Source: Alphaproteobacteria bacterium (GTDB lineage Bacteria; Pseudomonadota; Alphaproteobacteria; CACIAM-22H2). Taken from it: DNA of 44,961 nucleotides. Location of the stretch: NCBI GenBank assembly GCA_016793045.1, contig JAEUKZ010000083.1, forward strand, positions 1 to 44,961. The letters are read 5' to 3'. The position numbers and the translations under genes are program-made. This document shows positions 28,131 to 36,167 of the stretch, piece after piece (the stretch's first letter is position 1; every line of letters begins with the position of its first letter). Under the pieces are notes generated by a model. The model was not told where the DNA came from, did not search any database, and saw nothing but the letters and a program-made list of their open reading frames with translations.

Positions 28131-28598
28131 ATGCGCGCATTCATACCCTTGGCGATACTCGTGGCGTCCGCCGCTGCGGCGCCGGCGCGCGCGCAGGACC
28201 AGTCCTCGGCGATCGAGCGCGTCGAGACGCCCGACGGTACCGTGACCATCGTACGCCCCGCGCGCCGCCCACCGCCGCCGGCGACCGCGCCGCAGGGCCC
28301 GATCGATCCGGCGACCGCGACGGTCGCCCCCGGCGCCACGATCGATCGCGGCACGCGCCGGCAGGAGGAGCGCCGCGACACCCTGCCCCATGCCGGCAGC
28401 GCCGCGCCGGACATCGTGATCATCCAGCAGCGCCGCGGCCGCTACGCGCCGCAGCAGCAGACGCCGACGGTCGACCCCGGGATGGGCCCGGTGCCCTCGC
28501 TGCGCGCCTATGAGCCGCCGGTGCCCCAGCCGCGGCGGCCCATGCCGACGCCGCGCGGCCCCGACGGCACGATCGACACCATCATCATCCGCCGCTGA
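28131..28598 (+). CDS. Hypothetical exported Pro-rich protein
   Basis: GGAG RBS, signal peptide MRAFIPLAILVASAAAAPARA-Q, low-complexity body. Confidence 0.6.
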   Translation: MRAFIPLAILVASAAAAPARAQDQSSAIERVETPDGTVTIVRPARRPPPPATAPQGPIDPATATVAPGATIDRGTRRQEERRDTLPHAGSAAPDIVIIQQRRGRYAPQQQTPTVDPGMGPVPSLRAYEPPVPQPRRPMPTPRGPDGTIDTIIIRR

Positions 28599-29088
28599 GC
28601 GCGCGCCGCAGCCGGCGCGACCAGGTCCGCGGCACGTCGGCATCGCCGGCGAGCTCGGCGAGCGCCAGCAGCGCGACGTCGTCGCCCGCGCCGCGCAGCC
28701 GCGCCACCGCCTGCCGCCAGACCAGATGCGCGGCCGCCGCCAGCACGCGATCGCCGGCGCAGGGCCGCACCAGCCAGTCGGGATCGAAGACCCGGCGGCG
28801 CGCCGTCTCGGTCCATGCCCGCGGATCGCTGCGGTTGCAGCGAAGCTGCTCGTGCATGCGCGCAAGGACCCGGACCAGCCGCGCCTCGCGGCTGCATGCG
28901 GCGGCACTGCACGACGATTGCGCCAGCGCAAGGGCCGTCGCGACGTCGACCGGCCGGTCGAGCTGCGGGCCGAGAGTCCGCACGAGCAGCGCCACGCCGT
29001 CGTTGCCCGCGCGATCGGCCGCGGCGGCGAGGATCGGCGCGAGCGGCGGGGCGGCGCGGCGCCGGCGGAGCCAGGAGAAGCGTTCCAT
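28585..29088 (-). CDS. Hypothetical protein
   Basis: ORF from MERFSW fills an otherwise empty gap; no recognisable motif. Confidence 0.35.
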   Translation of the reverse strand: MERFSWLRRRRAAPPLAPILAAAADRAGNDGVALLVRTLGPQLDRPVDVATALALAQSSCSAAACSREARLVRVLARMHEQLRCNRSDPRAWTETARRRVFDPDWLVRPCAGDRVLAAAAHLVWRQAVARLRGAGDDVALLALAELAGDADVPRTWSRRLRRALSGG

Positions 29089-29294
29089 GATGTCCGTTCC
29101 GATGGAAATGGACGTATCGCGCCGCGCCCGCCCGCGGCTACGCATAAGAAATGCGGCGCGCGCGGCCCTGCGGGTCGAGCATTGCGCGGCGGGCCGGTTT
29201 GCATCGACACTCGCCACATGAACGCCGCCCGATTCGGTGCGCGGCCGGCCTGGTCCGCCGGCGCGCCTCAAGCAGAGCGGAGGGACCGCGCAAC

Positions 29295-29990
29295 ATGAGC
29301 AAGGGCTCGACGCGCCGGCCGGTCGTATCGATCGCGATCTTCGGCGGACCCGGCGCGGGCGCGATGGCAGCGCAGAGCATCGCCCGCATGGCCGCGAGCG
29401 GCGAACCGGTGCGCGCGGCCGGCTTCCTCAACGACGCATTGACGGTCGGGACCCTGGTCTCCGACCAGGCCGTCGTCGGCACGTTCGCCGACTGGCCGAA
29501 GCTGCCCGAGGACACGATGTTCCTGGCGCCGCTGCACAAGGCGAAGGCGATGCCCGAACGCGCCGCGCGGATCGCCGGGCTCGCGATCGCCGACGAGCGC
29601 TGGGCACGCGTCATCGATCCCGCCGCCTGCGTGGCCGACGACGCCGCCGTCGACGACGGCAGCTATGTCGGCGCCTTCGCAGTCGTCGACCCCGGCGCGG
29701 CACTCGGCCGCCATGCCGCCGTCTTCCCGGGCGGGCAGGTCGGCCCCGATGCGATCGTCGGGGACTACGTGTTCGTCGGCCGCGGCGCGATCGTCAGCGG
29801 CCGCTGCCGCGTGCGCGATGGCGCGCATATCGGCCCCGGTGCGGTGATCGGCGGCGAATGCACGATCGGACGTTTTGCGGTGATCGGTGCCGGCGCGGTC
29901 GTGCTCGGGGACGTTCCGGACCACGCCATCGTGCCCGCCGATCCGGCGCGCCTTGCCGGGCGACCCGACGCGTCCGCGAATGGCGGTTGA
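29295..29990 (+). CDS. NeuD/PglD-like sugar acyltransferase (hexapeptide repeat)
   Basis: N-terminal IFGGPGAG..GFLND domain plus left-handed beta-helix repeats (IGPGAVI, IGAGAVV..DVP). Confidence 0.78.
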   Translation: MSKGSTRRPVVSIAIFGGPGAGAMAAQSIARMAASGEPVRAAGFLNDALTVGTLVSDQAVVGTFADWPKLPEDTMFLAPLHKAKAMPERAARIAGLAIADERWARVIDPAACVADDAAVDDGSYVGAFAVVDPGAALGRHAAVFPGGQVGPDAIVGDYVFVGRGAIVSGRCRVRDGAHIGPGAVIGGECTIGRFAVIGAGAVVLGDVPDHAIVPADPARLAGRPDASANGG

Positions 29991-30056
29991 ACCGCGGTCC
30001 ACCCGGCGTTGCGGCGCGCGCGCCCGACGGCCGCGCCGATCGGACCGGAGCCGAGC

Positions 30057-30500
30057 CTATGGACCGCAGCCGGCGAAGCCGTCGGCGGCCATTTTCGCCT
30101 CGTAGGCCGCGGCAAGCGCGGTGCCGGGGGTCAGGCGCGGCTTCACCGACGCCCAGTCGGTCGGCCGCGCGATCACCATCCAGCCCTTGCCGTAGGGATC
30201 GCTGTTGGCGATGCCCGGGCGTGCCTCGAGGTCCTCGTTGATCGCCACCACCTCGCCGTCGAAGGCGATGCGCGCCGGCCCGACCCACTTGCCGCTCTCG
30301 ACCGTCGCACAGGACTTCCCAGCTTCGACCGCGCGGCCGACGCGCTTGGGCGTGAAGGCGACGATCTGACCGGCCATGGCCGCCGCAACCGCGGTCATGC
30401 CGACCTGCACGGTGCCGTCCGGCAGTTCGCGATACCAGGCGTGATTGGCAATGTCGTAGAGCAGATCGTCGGGAAATTGGCAGCCGCGGATCACCGGCAT
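30057..30500 (-). CDS. lbpA: GcvH-like lipoate-binding protein (LbpA-type)
   Basis: GcvH fold with lipoyl-Lys context ESGKWVGP, NSDPYGKGW, and Cys near both termini (RGCQFP, GFAGCGP). Confidence 0.75.
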   Translation of the reverse strand: MPVIRGCQFPDDLLYDIANHAWYRELPDGTVQVGMTAVAAAMAGQIVAFTPKRVGRAVEAGKSCATVESGKWVGPARIAFDGEVVAINEDLEARPGIANSDPYGKGWMVIARPTDWASVKPRLTPGTALAAAYEAKMAADGFAGCGP

Positions 30501-30513
30501 GGCGTCGTCCCCA

Positions 30514-30966
30514 TCAACGGATCGGCTGCGCCGCGTCGGTCGCGCCGGCCTGCTTGTGCTCGAGCAGGAAGCCGATGCGCCGCGGCTCGGCCGCAGGCTG
30601 CAATTTGCGCGCGGCGATCAGCAGGACGTTGAGCTGCGAGACGTGCTGGATGAGCTTCATGACGTTGCCAGACTGATCGACGCCGTCGAAGGTGATGATG
30701 TCGGGATTCCAGTAGCCGACATCGACGATGTGGAACTGCACCGTGGTGCCGAACGAAACCATGCGCCCGGCGACCTCGTGGTCGGCGTCGAGGTTGCGTT
30801 CGAACTGGACGATATAGGCGACCAGCCGCTTGTAGGTCCATTCGGCCGCCACCGACGGATCGGGTGGAGCCGCCATCGCGGCCGGAAGGCGGCCTGCGGT
30901 CGAAGCGCGCGCGGTTTCGTTGCCTGGCATGCTGTCCTCGATCGGCGGAAGGGGCGGCGCCATCAT
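30514..30966 (-). CDS. DUF6173-like hypothetical protein
   Basis: AEWTYKRL..YI..FE..LD..HEV, GYWNPDII.F.G, LIQHVSQLNVLL, RRIGF; start may be 30963 or 30930. Confidence 0.7.
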   Translation of the reverse strand: MMAPPLPPIEDSMPGNETARASTAGRLPAAMAAPPDPSVAAEWTYKRLVAYIVQFERNLDADHEVAGRMVSFGTTVQFHIVDVGYWNPDIITFDGVDQSGNVMKLIQHVSQLNVLLIAARKLQPAAEPRRIGFLLEHKQAGATDAAQPIR

Positions 30967-31023
30967 AGGGGCGGCGCGGCCGCGGCGCGCGCACGATCTC
31001 GCGCGCGCCGGCGGCGATCAAGA

Positions 31024-31404
31024 TCAATAGGTGAGCACGCGCACGTCGTCATTCTCCATCACCTGCTCGATGATGTAGGCGCTGCCGACGACGCCGGCGC
31101 ATTCGGGGATCAGGTCGGCCCTGGTCATGTCGAACAGATCGAGATTGGCCGAGCAGCCGTAGAACTTCACACCCGCCTGGTGCGCGTCCTTGATGAAGTC
31201 GTAGACCGACTTGGGCGAGCCCGGCTTGACCCGCAGCGCCTCCGCGACTCCGCGCTTCATCAGCGCGCCCGCCGTCGCGGTGCAGATCACCTCGACCTCG
31301 TAGTCCATCGCCGCGGCGACGCTCGCCTGAAAGAACGGCGCCCCGAGTTCCTCCGGGTTGCGGCGGTCGGTGTTGACCATGACGATGACGAGCTTCCGGG
31401 CCAT
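31024..31404 (-). CDS. DsrE family sulfur transferase (DsrE3-like)
   Basis: PFFQASVAAAMDYEVEV, active-site-type GVKFYGCS, LIPEC.GVVG, C-terminal VLTY. Confidence 0.8.
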   Translation of the reverse strand: MARKLVIVMVNTDRRNPEELGAPFFQASVAAAMDYEVEVICTATAGALMKRGVAEALRVKPGSPKSVYDFIKDAHQAGVKFYGCSANLDLFDMTRADLIPECAGVVGSAYIIEQVMENDDVRVLTY

Positions 31405-31506
31405 CCACGCCGCCTCTCTGCCGCCTTCGAACGCAGGCGAAAATCGCGGCGAGGATACAGGCCGGTGCGCGCGCGCGGCAAGGCGCCGGCGCCGGGGGTC
31501 GTGATG

Positions 31507-31674
31507 TCAGAAACCGGCGAGGGTCGTCGCCACGCGGAAGAACATGCCGGAGAGGCTGGGGCCGAGGGAACGCAGGCTCGCGAGCATGCCGAAGGCGACG
31601 AGCGCGACGAGCAGCCCGTACTCGATCGCCGAAGCGCCGCTCTCGTCCGAGGCGAAGCGCGCGAGCATCGACAT
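31507..31674 (-). CDS. flp: Flp family type IVc (Tad) pilin, not in the supplied ORF track
   Basis: 55 aa MSMLARFASDESG/ASAIEYGLLVALVAFGMLASLRSLGPSLSGMFFRVATTLAGF; GGAGG RBS 5 nt before the ATG. Confidence 0.88.
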   Translation of the reverse strand: MSMLARFASDESGASAIEYGLLVALVAFGMLASLRSLGPSLSGMFFRVATTLAGF

Positions 31675-32003
31675 CGTTTCCTCCAATTTGACGTTGATTT
31701 GACGACTATATCGGTCGATTGCCGATCTTCAACGATTTGCCGGAGATGAATGGAAAAACGCACACAAAGTTGGGCGCCGCGAATCCATAGAAAGTCGTAT
31801 CTGCCGAACAAAGCCCTGCAACGACGAGAGGTTTTTCCTCGCGCAATCTATTCAACGTTTCGGCGAAGTTTTCAAACCCAAAGGATTAATGCCAGTCAAA
31901 CCGGACGAAACGGTAAATGTCGCTTAGTAATTCGCGTGTACGATCCGGCGAATTCCTCAACCACCGCACCCGACTCGAAGATCCAGAAGGTTGAACGTCC
32001 GCA

Positions 32004-33074
32004 ATGAACGCGCCCACCAACGCCGTCCTCAACTCCGCCACCGGCAATCCCGTGCTGACCGGCGTTCGCATCACCCAGCCGCTGCTGGTGCGTCTGCACG
32101 AGCAGCACCGCCGCAGCGTCCGGCGGATGCGCGACGGCCAGCGCGCCGTGCTGCGTCACTGCGACCTCAGCGGCCTCGATATGCGCGACATGAGCTTCGC
32201 CGAGGCGGAGTTCGTCGCCTGCGACTTCAGCAACGCGAATCTGCGCGGCGCGAGCCTGCGCGGCGCCGACGTGTTCGGGGCGCGCTTCGACGGCGCCGAC
32301 CTCACCAATGCCGACCTCGAACGCGCCGACCTGCGCGGCGCCACGTTCGAGCGCGCCGACCTCACCGGCGCCAATCTGCTGAGCGCCGATCTGCGCAGCG
32401 GCCGCGTCGTCAGCGTCTCGGCGGCGCGCTTCGACGGCAACGAGGGCTCGACCTTCATCGGTGCGGTGCTGCGCTCGACCAATCTCTCGCATGCGAAGCT
32501 CAAGAACGCCGATTTCAGCAACGCCATTCTCGCCGAAACCGACCTGACCGGCGCCGACCTCCGCTCCGCGCAGTTCCGCGGCGCGGAGATGGTCGATGCG
32601 CGCCTCGACGGCGCGCAACTCATGGACGCGGACCTGCGCGGCGCCGCGGTGCTCGGATCGACGCTCAGCGGCGTCGACGTCAGCCGCGCGCAGACCAACC
32701 GCGCCCGCGTCCTCGATCCGGCGCAGATCGCCGAGCTGCTCAAGGCCCACGCGGCCTGGATCCAGAGCGGCGGACGCGACGGCAAGCGTGCGCGCCTGGC
32801 GCGCCTCGACCTCAGCGGCCGCGATCTCGCCGGCTCGAATCTCGCGGCCGCCGATCTCGAATACGCGATCCTGGTCGGCACGACCTTGCGCGGGGCGCTG
32901 CTCGCCGCCGCGAACCTGAAGGGCGCCAACCTGATCCGCGCAAACCTCTCCGGTGCCGACCTGCGCGGCGCCAACCTGCTCCACGCCAACATGCGCGACG
33001 CCTGCCTCGACAATGCGACGCTGGGCGAGTTGCCGGATACCGGCCTGTTCACGCTGCTCAACAACGACGAATAG
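32004..33074 (+). CDS. Pentapeptide-repeat protein
   Basis: Long A(D/N)Lxx arrays in two blocks. Confidence 0.92.
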   Translation: MNAPTNAVLNSATGNPVLTGVRITQPLLVRLHEQHRRSVRRMRDGQRAVLRHCDLSGLDMRDMSFAEAEFVACDFSNANLRGASLRGADVFGARFDGADLTNADLERADLRGATFERADLTGANLLSADLRSGRVVSVSAARFDGNEGSTFIGAVLRSTNLSHAKLKNADFSNAILAETDLTGADLRSAQFRGAEMVDARLDGAQLMDADLRGAAVLGSTLSGVDVSRAQTNRARVLDPAQIAELLKAHAAWIQSGGRDGKRARLARLDLSGRDLAGSNLAAADLEYAILVGTTLRGALLAAANLKGANLIRANLSGADLRGANLLHANMRDACLDNATLGELPDTGLFTLLNNDE

Positions 33075-33200
33075 CCCCGCGACGGGGCGTCCGCACGGAG
33101 CTGTGCGTTGCCGCCCCCCGTCGACGCTGCTAGAAGGCTGCGTGTCGTGAGCGATTCGAACGCCCGCACGCCGGCTGGCGTGCCAAGGAGCCCGAGTCCG

Positions 33201-33668
33201 ATGTCCGATCCGCAAGGCCTCACCCGCCGCAGGGCGCTGCGCACCGGGGCTGCAACCTTCGCCGGCATGATCATCGTCGCGCGCTCGGCCCATGCCCAGA
33301 GCCCGTCCCCCGCGCACGCCGAACTGCTCCAGCGCCTCGCCGCCGGCCGCACGCCGCAGCAGGGCCGCGTGCGCGTGCGGATGCCGGAGATCGCCGAGAA
33401 CGGCAGCACGGTGCCGATCACCGTCACGGTCGAAAGCCCGATGACGGCCGAGAATCACGTCAAGACGCTGCTGGTGGTGTCCGACGGCAATCCGCGGCCG
33501 GAGGTGTTCAGCGCGACGCTGACGCCGGCCGCGGGCAAGGCCGAGATTTCGACCCGCATCCGCGTGGCGCGGACAATGAACGTCATCGCCTACGCCGACA
33601 TGAGCGACGGCACGCTGTGGGCCGGCCAGACCGTGGCGACGGTCACCATCGGCGGCTGCGGAAGCTGA
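33201..33668 (+). CDS. soxY: SoxY-like sulfur carrier
   Basis: Tat signal TRRRAL, PEIAENGSTVP, DGNPRP, STRIRVA, C-terminal swinging arm TIGGCGS; AAGGAG RBS. Confidence 0.88.
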   Translation: MSDPQGLTRRRALRTGAATFAGMIIVARSAHAQSPSPAHAELLQRLAAGRTPQQGRVRVRMPEIAENGSTVPITVTVESPMTAENHVKTLLVVSDGNPRPEVFSATLTPAAGKAEISTRIRVARTMNVIAYADMSDGTLWAGQTVATVTIGGCGS

Positions 33669-33683
33669 ACGGAGGACCCGGCC

Positions 33684-34004
33684 ATGTCGACCGTCCGCGT
33701 CCGCCTGCCCTCGCCGATCAAGCGCAACGAGGCCTTCGAGGTCCGCACGCTGATCACGCACGAGATGGAGTCCGGCCAGCGCCGCGATGCCCAGGGCGCC
33801 GTGATTCCGCGCAAGATCCTCAACCGCTTCGTGGCGACGTTCAACGGCCAGCCCGTGCTGGCGATGGACCTCGCGCCGGCGATCTCCGCCAATCCCTATA
33901 TCTCCTTCTACATGGTTGCGGCGGATTCGGGCGCGCTGGCGCTCGCGTGGACCGACGATGACGGCACGGTCATCCGCGAGACCGTACGGGTCACCGTCAC
34001 CTGA
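33684..34004 (+). CDS. soxZ: SoxZ sulfur carrier subunit
   Basis: VRTLITHEMESGQRRD, ISANPYISF, WTDDDG; follows soxY with GGAGG RBS. Confidence 0.88.
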   Translation: MSTVRVRLPSPIKRNEAFEVRTLITHEMESGQRRDAQGAVIPRKILNRFVATFNGQPVLAMDLAPAISANPYISFYMVAADSGALALAWTDDDGTVIRETVRVTVT

Positions 34005-34091
34005 ATGCGCGGCCCCGGGGCCACCTTCACGATCCGTTAACCCTAAGGTCTCGATAATGCACGGGCCGTCCCTTAACCGGAGCCCGATGCA

Positions 34092-35027
34092 ATGCCTCGT
34101 GGCCGGAAACTATCGCTCGCCGCCGCCCTGGCCGCAGGGGTCGCGGTCTATGCCGTACCGGAACCGATCGCGACGACGCTGCGCGCCGAGCCGCGCCCGC
34201 CGAGCACGGCCGAAGCCGCGATCCCCGTCCTGATACCACCGCCGCCCGACGACGCGGCGAATGCCGCCGCCCCGTCCGCCCCCGACGAGGCGGTGCAGGC
34301 CGGCGACAGCGAAAGCGCCGACGCCGATACGCCCGAACAGGCCGCCGATCCGGTCCAGCTTGCCGACGCCGCGCCATTCGCGGGCAACATGCGGACCGCA
34401 CCCGCCGACAGCGACTGGCGGATCGCCGTGACGGTCGGCGCCGCGGATCGCTGCGCCATGACCGCGGGCGACGACTGCGGCCTGCTCGCCATCCGCTATC
34501 GCAACTGGGACTTTACGATCGACCTCGGCGAAAGCGACGACGAGCCGCTGATTCCTGCGGCCACGCCGGTCGAGGCCGACGCCGAGGCACCCCGCTTCGT
34601 CGCCGTGCCCGCGGCCGCCGACGAAAGCGGCGCGGCGTCGACACCGCGCGTGATCGCACCGCCGCCGGCGGTGGGACGCATCCCGGCGCTGCGCCTCGCG
34701 CCCCCGTCGCCCGGCTTTGCCGTCAACCCGCCGCCGCCCCCCGAGGAGCCGCGCCGCCGGTGGTGGCAGTGGCGCAGCTCGCGCCCCGCGGTGCAGGTGG
34801 CGCCCAACGCCTATTTCGACGTCGCCAACGTCGTCAGCACCGCCGACCCGCCGCGCCAGGTGCGCGGCAGCGACGGCGCGCTCGCGCATTTCGAGGGCGG
34901 GTCGCAGGTCGCCGAGACGCCGCGGGTCCGCTTCGGCCTGTCGATTCCGCTCGAGACCCTGGCGCGCAACCGCGACCACCGCACGGCAGCCCCGCCGCCG
35001 CCGGGCCTCGCCGGCCCGCAGAACTAG
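34092..35027 (+). CDS. Hypothetical exported Ala/Pro-rich protein
   Basis: Signal-like N-terminus, low complexity, fills the gap between soxZ and the GT2 gene. Confidence 0.5.
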   Translation: MPRGRKLSLAAALAAGVAVYAVPEPIATTLRAEPRPPSTAEAAIPVLIPPPPDDAANAAAPSAPDEAVQAGDSESADADTPEQAADPVQLADAAPFAGNMRTAPADSDWRIAVTVGAADRCAMTAGDDCGLLAIRYRNWDFTIDLGESDDEPLIPAATPVEADAEAPRFVAVPAAADESGAASTPRVIAPPPAVGRIPALRLAPPSPGFAVNPPPPPEEPRRRWWQWRSSRPAVQVAPNAYFDVANVVSTADPPRQVRGSDGALAHFEGGSQVAETPRVRFGLSIPLETLARNRDHRTAAPPPPGLAGPQN

Positions 35028-35030
35028 CGC

Positions 35031-36032
35031 TCAGCGACGCGACCGGCCGGCGAGCCGCTCGGCGATGAAGCCGACCGGCCAGGCGTGGTGCATGGCCGCG
35101 AGCGCCACGAAGGCGAGCAGGACGCAGGGATCGCGCCGCTGCACGGCACCGGCGACCGAGCCCGCCGCGATCGCGGCGAGATAGGCCGCGAGCGCCAGCC
35201 ACAGCGGCGCCCAGAAAAACCCGCCGACGAGCGACGCGAGATTGACCGCGAGCAGCGCGATCGTCGCACCCTGGCGCGGCTTCATCGTCATGCCGTGCTT
35301 CATCAGCGTGCGCGCGCGGCCGCGGCCGTAGAGATAGTACTGGCGGATCAGGCCGCGCAGCGAATGGCGCGGGTAGTAGCCGACCTTGAGCTCGTGCTCG
35401 AGCCAGACCTTGCCGCCGGACTGCCAGATCCGGTGCGACAGCTCGACGTCCTCGTTGATCGCGAAGCTCTCGTCGTAGAGCAGGCCCTTGTCGAGCGTCG
35501 CGCGCAGGAAGGCGCCATGCTTGCCGTGGTCGACGAAGGCCGACCGCGTGCCGAGCCGGTAGAGCGACTGCCCGACCCCGATCGGCGAATTCTGCGCAAA
35601 GGCGACCGCTTTCTGGAAGCAGCCGAGCCCGATCGGCGCGTCGGCATAGGTGACGACGTCGGCCCCGCGGGTCTGGCACGCCGCGATGCAGCGCGTGAGG
35701 AATCCCTGCGGGTAGCGCGCGTGCGCATCGCAGCGCACGATCCACGCAGCACGCCTGTCGGCGGCCTGATAGGCAAGATTGAAGGCCGGACCCTGCAGCC
35801 GCTTGGGGTTGTCGAGCAGCCGCAGGAAGGGAAACTCGCCGCGCAGCCGCGCCACGATCTCGCGCGTGCCGTCGGTGCTGCCGCCGTCGACGACGAAGAC
35901 CTCCAGCCGGTCGCGCGGATAGGGATCGTCGAGCAGCGTGCGCAGGCAGTCCTCGATATAGGCCGCCTCGTTGAAGGTCGGCAGCACGACGCTGATGAAG
36001 GGCAGTTCGGCCGAGGGCGAGAAGGCGTTCAT
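35031..36032 (-). CDS. GT2 glycosyltransferase, succinoglycan ExoA-like
   Basis: VVLPTFNE, VDGGSTDGT, RCDAHA.YP, VDHGKHGAF, YDESFAINEDVEL, C-terminal TM helices. Confidence 0.85.
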   Translation of the reverse strand: MNAFSPSAELPFISVVLPTFNEAAYIEDCLRTLLDDPYPRDRLEVFVVDGGSTDGTREIVARLRGEFPFLRLLDNPKRLQGPAFNLAYQAADRRAAWIVRCDAHARYPQGFLTRCIAACQTRGADVVTYADAPIGLGCFQKAVAFAQNSPIGVGQSLYRLGTRSAFVDHGKHGAFLRATLDKGLLYDESFAINEDVELSHRIWQSGGKVWLEHELKVGYYPRHSLRGLIRQYYLYGRGRARTLMKHGMTMKPRQGATIALLAVNLASLVGGFFWAPLWLALAAYLAAIAAGSVAGAVQRRDPCVLLAFVALAAMHHAWPVGFIAERLAGRSRR

Positions 36033-36167
36033 GCGGGACACGGGATCGCGAAATGAAACGGCCCGCCGCGTCTGCCCATCGGCGCATGGTTTGCGCTATA
36101 GAAGGGCGCCGCCGCGGCAGCGCCGGCACCGAAGGGTTCAGCATAAGCCGATGAAGGAAAACAGATT

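Noticed and set aside
30057-30500. Canonical glycine cleavage H protein (gcvH)
   Set aside because: No gcvT/gcvP nearby; ESGKWVG motif and terminal cysteines fit the LbpA type better
32200-33000. Short recurring DNA repeats (gccgacct...) as a CRISPR or tandem array
   Set aside because: Explained by pentapeptide-repeat coding; the TPR gene repeats at 13570-14613 are likewise coding
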